From a bacterium (lineage in GTDB: Bacteria > Patescibacteriota > Minisyncoccia > Minisyncoccales > GWA2-46-15), in the NCBI GenBank assembly GCA_030693425.1, contig JAUYAM010000005.1:12950-76949 (forward strand): a stretch of 64,000 nt of DNA, in the 5' to 3' direction. Shown here piece after piece: positions 9,316 through 17,699 of this stretch. Within the stretch, counting starts at the first letter, position 1, and every line of letters begins with the position of its first letter. The position numbers and the translations under genes were made by a program. The notes beneath the pieces are model-generated. The model was not told where the DNA came from and did not search any database. It saw only the letters and a list, made by a program, of their open reading frames with translations.

Positions 9316-10305
9316 TTAAGCTTTGTCTTGAGAATTATTGTCCCGGCTAGCCTCGAACGGCTGGCCAAGTTCCTCTTCTAATTTCTTAATTTCTTTTTTT
9401 AAATCGACCATTTTCAGCTCGCGGTCGACTGCCAAACGGTTAAATCTTTCGAGTTCTTTCATCTTTCCCTGAAGATCTTCTGTCCTGGCTTTTACCTGTT
9501 CTTCAAGGCTATTGGCCAAATCCTGAAGCTCCCTGGTCCTAGCCGCTACCCTGACTTCTAAAACCTCTTTCGCCTCTTCCAATTTTTGGCGAGAATCCTT
9601 GAGGTCTCCAAGCATTTCGTTAAAAGTTTCCGCCAAATCCCCAATCTCGGTTCTCGGGCTGGTTTTGATCCTGACGTCGAGATTTCCCCGCCTGACGTCC
9701 TCGCAACTGGCGGTAATCTCTCTGATCGGATCGACGACGCTTCTCAAAATGACGACCATCGCTCCCGTTCCCAAAAATAAAGCCAGCAGGACCACTAAAA
9801 GATACCGCCATAAAAGCCTGCTCATTAAAATCTGAGTCTCTCTGAAAGAAAAGCCGATCCAGATCGCCTGGTTTTCGTAGCTCGGATAGATAAGCGCCTT
9901 GATGTCTTCTCCGCGAAGAGTTTCGTCCCTAATCAGACTTTTTTCCGACTTGATGACGTTGGCAATATCTATGTCTTTAAGCTTTTTGCCGATTTCGCCT
10001 TCAAGAGTGCTCTGGTGGATTTCTCCTGTGGATTTTACGATTCTGATGAAACGAACGTCTTTGAATTTGGCCAGACCGGCGATCAGTCCTTTTTCCGAAT
10101 CTTTCAAGAGGGACATGCGGTAAAACCAGGAAGGAGAGCCGACCGTTTCCTTGATCGCCTCGGCCAGCTTTATCTTTTCCTCAATGCCTGCCTTGAAGAG
10201 ATCTTGCTGATGGCTGGTGATTGAAAAGTAAATCAAAACGCTGGCCACCAGAAAAGAGGTTGCAAAAATGCCGAAGATAATGCTGTACAGAGAGTACTTT
10301 CTCAT
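9316..10305 (-). CDS. membrane protein with extracytoplasmic domain, HAMP domain and coiled-coil tail
   Basis: 329 aa. N-terminal TM, ~130-aa loop, second TM, HAMP (PIREITASCEDVRRGNLDVRI...EIGDLAETFNEMLGDL). A heptad-rich tail follows and no output domain is visible. Confidence 0.75.
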   Translation of the reverse strand: MRKYSLYSIIFGIFATSFLVASVLIYFSITSHQQDLFKAGIEEKIKLAEAIKETVGSPSWFYRMSLLKDSEKGLIAGLAKFKDVRFIRIVKSTGEIHQSTLEGEIGKKLKDIDIANVIKSEKSLIRDETLRGEDIKALIYPSYENQAIWIGFSFRETQILMSRLLWRYLLVVLLALFLGTGAMVVILRSVVDPIREITASCEDVRRGNLDVRIKTSPRTEIGDLAETFNEMLGDLKDSRQKLEEAKEVLEVRVAARTRELQDLANSLEEQVKARTEDLQGKMKELERFNRLAVDRELKMVDLKKEIKKLEEELGQPFEASRDNNSQDKA

Positions 10306-10342
10306 ATAGCCCCTAATTATTTATCTTATACCACTCAATTGG

Positions 10343-11248
10343 CTACGGCAATTTTGACAAAAGGCTGAAAAACTGCAAATCCCGGAAATGCTCTGCAACC
10401 TTAAGGCGATCATAATCTTTCCAGCGGCAGGTTCCAAGGTTGAAATCGATTTTAACATTGCAACAGATCTCTGCCAATTTCTTGCTCAAAAAAGCTTGTT
10501 CTTTTTGGCTGACGAGTTTTTCGAAAACCGAGGCTTTTATCAACTCCTCGGTTGCTTCCTGCTCTATGAGAGAGTATAGGTTTTCCAAACTCTGAAAACT
10601 GGTGAGCAGCTCGGTGGCTGTCTTTTCACCGATCCCAAAAACCCCGGGGATGTTGTCCGAAGGGTCTCCGCGCAGGGCCTTGAAATCAACCAGCTGACCC
10701 GGGCTAAGACCCTTATATTTTTCCCGAACTGCTTTTTCGTCATAGAGGGTAGTCTGGCTGATGCCCTTTTTAAGAATCAATGCTCTGACTTTTTCGTCTA
10801 CGAGCTGAAGGACATCGTTGTCGCTGCTCAAAACAATGGTTTTCAAATCCGGAAACTCTGGGCTGTCTTTGGCAAGGGTGACAATGGTACCGATAATATC
10901 GTCGGCCTCAAAACCCTGTTTCTCAAAAATCTGCACCCCAAAAGCTCCGAGAATCTCTTTGATCGTAGGGATTTGCAAGTAAAACTCTTCTGGAGCTCTT
11001 TCTCTCTTGGCTTTATAGCCAGGAAAAGCCCGGTGGCGGAAAGTCGGAGCAGCCAAATCAAAGGCAACGGCAACAGAGTCCGGTCTTAACTCCCTCAGAG
11101 CCTTAAAGAAGACGGTGAAGAACCCGTAAACGGCGTTGACTAATCTGCCGTCTTTGGTTTTCAGCGGCGGCAAGGCATGATAAGCGCGATGGATTAGCGA
11201 GTGGGCGTCGATAACGATTAAAAGCCGGTTTTCGTCTTTTGTCTCCAT
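10343..11248 (-). CDS. 5'-3' exonuclease (FEN / Pol I N-terminal domain family)
   Basis: 301 aa. Motifs: LLIVIDAHSLIHRAYHA, GFEADDIIGT, LSSDNDVLQL, H3TH motif GDPSDNIPGVFGIGEKTA. Confidence 0.9.
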   Translation of the reverse strand: METKDENRLLIVIDAHSLIHRAYHALPPLKTKDGRLVNAVYGFFTVFFKALRELRPDSVAVAFDLAAPTFRHRAFPGYKAKRERAPEEFYLQIPTIKEILGAFGVQIFEKQGFEADDIIGTIVTLAKDSPEFPDLKTIVLSSDNDVLQLVDEKVRALILKKGISQTTLYDEKAVREKYKGLSPGQLVDFKALRGDPSDNIPGVFGIGEKTATELLTSFQSLENLYSLIEQEATEELIKASVFEKLVSQKEQAFLSKKLAEICCNVKIDFNLGTCRWKDYDRLKVAEHFRDLQFFSLLSKLP

Positions 11249-11352
11249 GAAAAACGTTGACTAATTTGTTAAACCAAGATAGAGTGAGAAAAGTGGTTTC
11301 ATAAATCGAACTTTACTGCTGTCTCTGAATTAATTCTAGCTTTTATTTAAGA

Positions 11353-12672
11353 TTGAGTCGATATCCGTCAAATATGACTGTTTCCAAAAAAATTACCGAC
11401 AAAATCGAAATCTCTCGGTCGAATCAATCGGAAAAAATTAAGAACGTTCCTGGATTTTCTAAAATCGTTTCCCAGTATTCGGACAAAAACGTCAGCCAGC
11501 TTTTGGAAATAATCTTCATCGGCGCCATTGACCTTGACGCTTCTGATGTTCATTTTGAAGTCGAGGAGAACCAGGTTAAAATCCGCCTGAGAATTGACGG
11601 CGTCCTCCAGGATCTCGTTAATATTTCCCTTGATGATTACCGATCTTTAGTCTCCCGCCTGAAGTTGGTTTCCGGAATAAAATTGAATGTCAGCGACCGA
11701 CCCCAAGATGGCCGGTTTTCTATTGTTGACGCAAATTGCGAGATCGAAGTCAGATCTTCGACTCTGCCGTCTGAATACGGAGAATCAATAGTTTTGAGGG
11801 TCTTAAACCCCAAAAGTCTGATTAGTCTTGAACAGCTCGGCCTGAGAAACGACCTCCTGGAAACTTTTCGCCGGGAAATCGCCAGGCCAAACGGAATGAT
11901 TATTGTCACCGGACCGACGGGATCCGGCAAAACGACGACTCTCTACGCTTTCCTGAAAGAAGTCCAAAATCCGGGCGTCAAGATTATTACCATCGAAGAC
12001 CCAATCGAGTATCGGCTCGAAGGCATTTCCCAAACCCAAGTCGAGCCGGATAAAGGCTACGACTTTGCCTCGGGGTTAAGAGCTATTGTCAGACAAGATC
12101 CTGACATAATCCTGGTCGGCGAGATTAGGGACCTGGAAACTGCCAACATCGCCCTGCAAGCGGCCCTGACCGGACACTTGGTTTTCTCCACTTTGCACGC
12201 CAACGACGCCGCCGGAACCGTCGCCAGGCTGATGGATTTAGGGGTCAAGCCGCCTTCGATCGCCTCGGCGATAAACTCGGTGGTCGCCCAGCGATTGGTC
12301 AGAAAAGTCTGCCCAAAGTGCAGAGAGCTAAAAGTCATCCCTTCTCAGGTACTTGAGGAAATTGACCTGTCCCTTCAGAATCTTCCGAAAGAAATCAAAA
12401 TCTCGCCGTTGGCCAAAGAAACAAAAATCCCTTTTGCCAAGGGCTGCGAAGATTGCGGTTTTACCGGTTACCGCGGAAGGTTGGGGGTTTTCGAAACTAT
12501 GACGATTGACGCGGAAATGGACAGATTTATCCAGACTAAACCGCCGACCAGCAGCGTCAAGAACTTAGCCGTCAAAAAAGGACTGATAACAATGTATCAG
12601 GACGGCCTAATCAGGGTTCTCGAAGGATTGACCACGGTTGAAGAAATCAAAAGGGTGGTCGGCGAAGGGTAA
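11353..12672 (+). CDS. GspE/PilB-family type II/IV secretion ATPase
   Basis: 439 aa. Walker A GPTGSGKTTT, Asp box, Walker B ILVGEIRD, His box TGHLVFSTLHAND, tetracysteine CPKC...CEDCGFTGYRGR. ATG at 11374 is an alternative start. Confidence 0.9.
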   Translation: MSRYPSNMTVSKKITDKIEISRSNQSEKIKNVPGFSKIVSQYSDKNVSQLLEIIFIGAIDLDASDVHFEVEENQVKIRLRIDGVLQDLVNISLDDYRSLVSRLKLVSGIKLNVSDRPQDGRFSIVDANCEIEVRSSTLPSEYGESIVLRVLNPKSLISLEQLGLRNDLLETFRREIARPNGMIIVTGPTGSGKTTTLYAFLKEVQNPGVKIITIEDPIEYRLEGISQTQVEPDKGYDFASGLRAIVRQDPDIILVGEIRDLETANIALQAALTGHLVFSTLHANDAAGTVARLMDLGVKPPSIASAINSVVAQRLVRKVCPKCRELKVIPSQVLEEIDLSLQNLPKEIKISPLAKETKIPFAKGCEDCGFTGYRGRLGVFETMTIDAEMDRFIQTKPPTSSVKNLAVKKGLITMYQDGLIRVLEGLTTVEEIKRVVGEG

Positions 12673-12875
12673 AATAAACAAGTTTGATTCTAGCGAAATA
12701 AAACCTCCTCGGGCAGGGGCATACCCGGACGCCAGTCACGAGTCTCAAATTTTCCCGAGGAAGATTCCAGGCAGAACCCGGAGTCTCCTTCAAGCAAAAT
12801 TCTCCCCGGTGAAGGGTGCCCCTACCCGAAAAGGCAATATCCCAGATTATAATAAACTATTAAGGTTTTGTCAAG

Positions 12876-13844
12876 ATGTGGCTCTTCCTGGCAGTCTGTC
12901 TTTTTCTGCCCGCCGAAGTTTTAGCTAGTCAGCCTTTGAGCGTTGTTTTTAATGAAATCGCCTGGATGGGCACAACTGCGTCTGCCAATAACGAATGGAT
13001 AGAGCTTTATAATAATACTAACACAGAAATTAACTTGGCTGGCTGGGGATTATACGAAGAAGGAGAAAAAACCCTAGTTGAACCCCTAATCGGAATAATT
13101 GGAGCAAAATCATATTATCTTGTTGAAAGAACAGATGACAATACAGTGCCGGGTATTAAAGCCAGCCAGTCTCCGACCGGCTGGGGCGGATATGGTTTAA
13201 ATAATAATGGAGAACATCTGCAACTTTTAGACAACAGTTCAAATATAATTGACGAAGTTGATTATAGCGGCGGTTGGTTTACCGGTATCGGGAAACCCGA
13301 ATATAAAACAATGGAAAGAATTAATTCCTTGGTTGGTGGCAGCGATCCTCAAAACTGGCAGACAAGCCAAAATCCCGGCGGCACACCAAAAGTAAAGAAT
13401 AGCGAACAGAATCAAGAATTAAAAATTGCAGAAGACGTTTTTCCTCTAACTTCCTTAACTAAATCCGAAAAACCTGCTGTTGACGACAGTCGTCAACGGA
13501 CCTATCCTTCGGGCATTGTTATCAACGAAATTCTTCCATCCCCCGAAGGCCCGGACGAAACCGAGGAATGGATCGAGATTTTTAATCAAAACTCCTTCCC
13601 GGTTGAGCTCTCAGGCTGGCAAATCAATGACTTTTTCGGCAAGACGAAAACGTATTCTTTCCCGCCGGGAACCGTCATCAATCCTCAAAGCTATCTGGTT
13701 GTCAAAAGGCCGGATTCCAAGATTATCCTCAACAACCAAGAAGAAAAGATTTTCTTGTCTGCCCCAGACAAACGGATAATCGACACCGTTTACTACAAGA
13801 AGGCTGTTCGCGAACAATCTCTGGCGAGATTCTCCAATGACTGA
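12876..13844 (+). CDS. secreted protein with two lamin-tail (LTD) domains, ending at an in-frame TGA
   Basis: 322 aa. Signal peptide, then two copies of the LTD pattern (FNEIAWMG..NEWIELYN..INLAGW and INEILPSP..EEWIEIFN..VELSGW). Confidence 0.8.
   Translation: MWLFLAVCLFLPAEVLASQPLSVVFNEIAWMGTTASANNEWIELYNNTNTEINLAGWGLYEEGEKTLVEPLIGIIGAKSYYLVERTDDNTVPGIKASQSPTGWGGYGLNNNGEHLQLLDNSSNIIDEVDYSGGWFTGIGKPEYKTMERINSLVGGSDPQNWQTSQNPGGTPKVKNSEQNQELKIAEDVFPLTSLTKSEKPAVDDSRQRTYPSGIVINEILPSPEGPDETEEWIEIFNQNSFPVELSGWQINDFFGKTKTYSFPPGTVINPQSYLVVKRPDSKIILNNQEEKIFLSAPDKRIIDTVYYKKAVREQSLARFSND
13480..13496. promoter_or_regulatory. 17-bp palindrome TTGACGA-CAG-TCGTCAA inside the LTD gene
   Basis: Perfect 7-3-7 inverted repeat. 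Same consensus as three sites at 63310, 63663 and 63690. Confidence 0.4.
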
Positions 13845-14102
13845 TCCTGGACAAAAACGCCGACTCCCGGTAATCTAAATACTCAGGGTAATCAGGAAAA
13901 CAAACCTCCAGACGTTACTGCGCAAAAAGATTTTGAGAAAACTCTACCGCTGGCGGCGAGCGCCGTTCAGACGAAGACCGAAAACACTGAGAAAAATTAT
14001 TCTTCGTTTTTGGAAACCGGGGGGCTGGCAATCTTGATCGCCGCCATTTCAGGAATAACGGTTTTAATGTTAAAAAGGTTAATAGAAAAAGATATCTCTT
14101 AA
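13845..14102 (+). pseudogene. in-frame continuation of the LTD gene after TGA (PTPG motif, spacer, C-terminal TM anchor)
   Basis: The same frame stays open for 85 codons after TGA 13842-13844: SWTKTPTPGNLN...GGLAILIAAISGITVLMLKRL. It has no start codon of its own. Confidence 0.55.
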
Positions 14103-14107
14103 ATAAT

Positions 14108-14845
14108 ATGTCAGGCCACAGCCACGCGAAAACTATAAAGCATGCCAAAAATATTACTGACCAGAAAAGGGGGCAGATTTTCTCAAAAATGGTCCGGCTG
14201 ATCGCAATCGCCGTCAAGGACGCCGGCCCGAACGCAGAAACCAATTCGAAACTGAAAGCCGCCGTCGAAAGAGCAAAATCCTTAAACGTACCGAATGACA
14301 ACATTGAACGAGCTATCAAGCAGGCGACCGGAGGCCTGGGAGGGAAAGACTTGAACGAATTCTTGTTCGAGGGCTACGGCCCGGGCGGAATCGCCCTGAT
14401 AATCGAAGGGATAACCGATAATAAAAACCGCATCTTGGGAGAAATAAAACAAACTTTAACCCAATACGGCGGAAAATTAGCCCAGGAAGGATCAGTTCGC
14501 TGGATGTTCGAGAGAAAAGGAGTAATCGCCGTTTCCCTTGAGGACCAACTAGACAACTGGAAGAACAAGGAGTCTCTGGAGCTAAAGGCGATCGAAGCCG
14601 GGGCTCAAGACTTTATCTGGCGCCAGGGAGACCTGCTCGAAATCTATGCGTCGGGAGACGGCCTTCAGTCTTTAAAAGAAAATCTTGAAAGGGAGAATAT
14701 TAAAATAGATTCTGCTTCTGCCGACTGGGTGGCCAAAGACGAGATTCCGACTGACGAACTTTCAGAAAATCAGGCTCTCAAGCTTTTTGACTCTCTTGAC
14801 GAGAACAGCGACGTCCAGGACGTTTATTCAAATCTTAAAAGCTAA
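14108..14845 (+). CDS. yebC: YebC/PmpR-family transcriptional regulator
   Basis: 245 aa. The N-terminus MSGHSHAKTIKHAK..KRG..F.K is diagnostic for this family. Confidence 0.9.
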   Translation: MSGHSHAKTIKHAKNITDQKRGQIFSKMVRLIAIAVKDAGPNAETNSKLKAAVERAKSLNVPNDNIERAIKQATGGLGGKDLNEFLFEGYGPGGIALIIEGITDNKNRILGEIKQTLTQYGGKLAQEGSVRWMFERKGVIAVSLEDQLDNWKNKESLELKAIEAGAQDFIWRQGDLLEIYASGDGLQSLKENLERENIKIDSASADWVAKDEIPTDELSENQALKLFDSLDENSDVQDVYSNLKS

Positions 14846-14850
14846 TCGAG

Positions 14851-15363
14851 ATGACGATTCTTGGTATTGATCCGGGAACGGCAACTATCGGTTACGGTAT
14901 TTTAGAAACCAAAGTCTCAAAAGGCCAGAAGTCAAAGATAAGTTGCCTGGGCTTTGGCTTAATCGAAACCTCGCCGACTCAATCTTTTCCGGCGCGCCTC
15001 AAGAGAATCAGCCTTGAGCTGGACGCTTTGATCAGAAAACACCGTCCGGGGTTAATCGCTATTGAAAGCGTCTTCTTCTTTAGGAACTTAAAGACCTTTG
15101 TTCCCGTCAGCCGAGCCACCGGAGTGATTATTCTTGGAGCGGCAAAGAGAAAAATCCCTTTAGTTGAATTCACTCCCCTGCAGGTGAAAGTCAGAGTGGC
15201 CAACGACGGCCGCGCCGAGAAAAAAGAGGTCCAGAACAAAATCAAAAAAATACTTGGCCTGAAAGAGATTCCCAAACCAGACGACATCGCCGACGCCCTG
15301 GGAGTCGCCCTTTGCGGCGCCTTTGCCATTTTGAAAAGCGGGGGTATTGACAAGATTTCTTGA
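14851..15363 (+). CDS. ruvC: crossover junction endodeoxyribonuclease RuvC
   Basis: 170 aa. ILGIDPGTATIGYGI catalytic start, LIAIESVFF, DDIADALGVALC. Confidence 0.9.
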   Translation: MTILGIDPGTATIGYGILETKVSKGQKSKISCLGFGLIETSPTQSFPARLKRISLELDALIRKHRPGLIAIESVFFFRNLKTFVPVSRATGVIILGAAKRKIPLVEFTPLQVKVRVANDGRAEKKEVQNKIKKILGLKEIPKPDDIADALGVALCGAFAILKSGGIDKIS

Positions 15364-15441
15364 AAAACTAAAATTGCTAATAGATATAACAAACATAAAG
15401 GTCGGCCGAAAAACCTATCTGTAAGAAACCTATTAAAAATC

Positions 15442-15621
15442 ATGCTTTTGGACAAAGAGATTTCATCCATCCTGAACAATCAGAATGAGTGGGAAGGAGC
15501 CATGGATTATGAGGGCGACGAAGAGCCCGCAGAGAAAGAGCCCGCAGAAAAGGAGGAAGAAGAAGAGGAAGAAGAGAAAGAAGAGTCGGATGATTCAGAC
15601 GTAGAAGAAGAGATCGAGTAG
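15442..15621 (+). CDS. possible small acidic protein (59 aa)
   Basis: ATG-initiated ORF below the track cutoff, with a poly-Glu/Asp tail. A hairpin terminator follows ~45 nt downstream. Confidence 0.3.
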   Translation: MLLDKEISSILNNQNEWEGAMDYEGDEEPAEKEPAEKEEEEEEEEKEESDDSDVEEEIE

Positions 15622-15665
15622 CAATCTTCGTTTAACTAGAATTCCTGCTTAGAAAATGATAAAAG

Positions 15666-15684
15666 CCCGGCCTGCCGGGTTTTT
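15666..15684 (+). terminator. rho-independent terminator candidate
   Basis: aaaaGCCCGGCCTGCCGGGTTTTT: GC stem followed by a T5 run, preceded by A4. Confidence 0.55.
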
Positions 15685-15758
15685 GTCGTAAAGTTCTCCA
15701 ATATTGAGTTACGCCGCAAATTAGCTAGAATGGATGCAGACAACTTTTCAAGAGCATT

Positions 15759-17699
15759 ATGGCTGAGAGAAAATTCTACCGCAAAGTCTACGGGAAAACC
15801 AGAAAAAGGAAGTGGTTTTTTTCGTTGCTAAAGTTTTTCGCATTGTCTGTGCTGGTTCTTTTTGCCATCGGCCTGATATTTGTCATCAACTATGCCAAGG
15901 ACCTGCCCCGCCCGGAAAAATTCACCGAAAAAGAAACTTACCAATCGACCAAAATCTATGACAGAAAAGGAGAAATCGTTCTTTACGAAATTTACGGCGA
16001 GGAAAAAAGGACAATCGTTCCTTTGGGGCAGATCTCCAGCTATCTTAAAGAGGCAGTCCTGGCTGCCGAAGATGCTGATTTCTACCGTCACCGCGGCATA
16101 AGTCCAAAAGGAGTCGCTAGGGCCATCCTGGCCGATTTGAGAATCTTCCAGCCGGTTCAGGGAGCCTCGACCATCTCCCAGCAGCTGATCAGGTCCTCGT
16201 ATCTTGGATTGGAAAAAACCGGAGCCAGAAAAACCAGAGAGGTAATCCTCACCCTCGAACTCGAAAGACGCTACTCCAAAGACCAGATTCTGGAATTCTA
16301 TTTGAACCAGATTCCCTTCGGGCAGAACGCTTATGGCGCCCAGGCCGCCGCTCAATCTTATTTTCAGAAAAACGCCAAGGACCTTTCTCTGGCAGAAGCC
16401 GCTCTCCTGGCCTCCCTGATCAAAGCTCCCAGCTATCTTTCTCCCTACGGCCCCAATCAAGAAAAGCTTTTCATTAGAAGAGACTATGTCTTACAGCGAA
16501 TGGCTGATTTGTATTTTATTACTCCCGAGGCGAAAGAGGCCGCTGAAAGCGAGGTTCTAAAATTCGCCAAAATCAGCCAAGCGATCAAAGCTCCCCATTT
16601 TGTCATCTGGATCAAAGGCCTTTTGGAAGAAAAGTACGGCGAAAACTTCCTAAAAGAGAAAGGGTTGAAAGTCTATACGACTTTAGACTGGGATCTTCAG
16701 GAAGCGGCCGAAAAAATCGTCGAGGAAAGAGTTAAGATAAATCAGGGCAACCGTTCTTTTAACGCCGCTGCCGTTGTCATCGACCCGAGAACCGGACAGA
16801 TATTGGCCATGGTTGGCTCCAAAGACTTTTTTGCCGATCCTTACCCGGCAGACTGCCTGTCCGGGAAAAACTGCCTTTTTGAACCTCAATTCAACGTTGC
16901 TCTGGCCAGCCGTCAGCCGGGCTCATCGTTTAAGCCCTTCGTTTATGCAACTGCTTTTAAAAAGGGCTTTGACGACAAGACCGTCGTCATCGATGAGCAG
17001 ACTAATTTCGGCAATTGGGGAGGAGAGGATTACATCCCTCGGAATTACGACGGCACTTTTAGAGGCGCGGTCACTCTTAGGCAGGCGCTGGCCCAGTCAT
17101 TGAATATCCCCTCAATCAAGGTTCTCATGAAAATGGGGGGCTTAGAAGATAGCGTCCAAACTGCCAGAGATCTGGGAATTACCACTCTAAAATCCCCTTT
17201 TGGGCCCGCGATAGTTCTCGGCGGCCATGAGGTTAAACTTCTAGAAATAACATCTGCTTACGGCGCCTTTGCCAACAACGGCCTCTGGGCAAAACCGACC
17301 CCCATCTTAAGAATCGAGGACACTGATGGGCAAATTGTCGAGGAAAGCAAAACTTCTCCCAGACGGGTTCTTGAGACAAAAGTGACCGCCCTGATTAATG
17401 ACATCTTGTCGGACAACGCTGCCAGGACCCCGATTTTCGGGCCAAGATCGACTCTGTTTTTTGAGAACTATCAGGTGGCAGTCAAAACCGGCACCACTCA
17501 GGATTACCGCGACGGCTGGACGATCGGCTACACCCCGTCGATTTCTATTGGGGTCTGGACCGGAAATAACGATAACTCGCCGATGCAAAAAGAGCCGGGG
17601 ATAGTTTTCGCCGGCCCAATCTTTCATCAGATAATGGAAAAAGCTTTTTCCCGAGAACTGCCAGAGCCTTTCCCGAAAACAGACAATCTAAACCCTTAA
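15759..17699 (+). CDS. bifunctional class A penicillin-binding protein (glycosyltransferase/transpeptidase)
   Basis: 646 aa. N-terminal TM; GT51 motifs EDADFYRHRG and GASTISQQL; transpeptidase motifs SSFKP, KTGTT. Confidence 0.9.
   Translation: MAERKFYRKVYGKTRKRKWFFSLLKFFALSVLVLFAIGLIFVINYAKDLPRPEKFTEKETYQSTKIYDRKGEIVLYEIYGEEKRTIVPLGQISSYLKEAVLAAEDADFYRHRGISPKGVARAILADLRIFQPVQGASTISQQLIRSSYLGLEKTGARKTREVILTLELERRYSKDQILEFYLNQIPFGQNAYGAQAAAQSYFQKNAKDLSLAEAALLASLIKAPSYLSPYGPNQEKLFIRRDYVLQRMADLYFITPEAKEAAESEVLKFAKISQAIKAPHFVIWIKGLLEEKYGENFLKEKGLKVYTTLDWDLQEAAEKIVEERVKINQGNRSFNAAAVVIDPRTGQILAMVGSKDFFADPYPADCLSGKNCLFEPQFNVALASRQPGSSFKPFVYATAFKKGFDDKTVVIDEQTNFGNWGGEDYIPRNYDGTFRGAVTLRQALAQSLNIPSIKVLMKMGGLEDSVQTARDLGITTLKSPFGPAIVLGGHEVKLLEITSAYGAFANNGLWAKPTPILRIEDTDGQIVEESKTSPRRVLETKVTALINDILSDNAARTPIFGPRSTLFFENYQVAVKTGTTQDYRDGWTIGYTPSISIGVWTGNNDNSPMQKEPGIVFAGPIFHQIMEKAFSRELPEPFPKTDNLNP

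Noticed and set aside
13842-13844. Alternative genetic code (TGA as Gly or Trp, as in some CPR or Mollicutes lineages)
   Set aside because: All conserved genes in the window are full length with no internal TGA. rnpA, ruvC and the XRE gene end at TGA at the expected lengths. The standard bacterial code fits.
11353-13844. A complete type IV pilus or type II secretion locus around the GspE/PilB ATPase
   Set aside because: Only the ATPase is present. No PilC/GspF platform, PilT, prepilin peptidase or class III signal-peptide pilins are adjacent, and the neighbouring gene is an LTD surface protein.
14851-15621. RuvC extended by TGA readthrough into the acidic downstream ORF (same frame, no intervening stop)
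   Set aside because: RuvC is complete at 170 aa with all catalytic motifs, and the downstream part has its own ATG. I treat this as coincidence.
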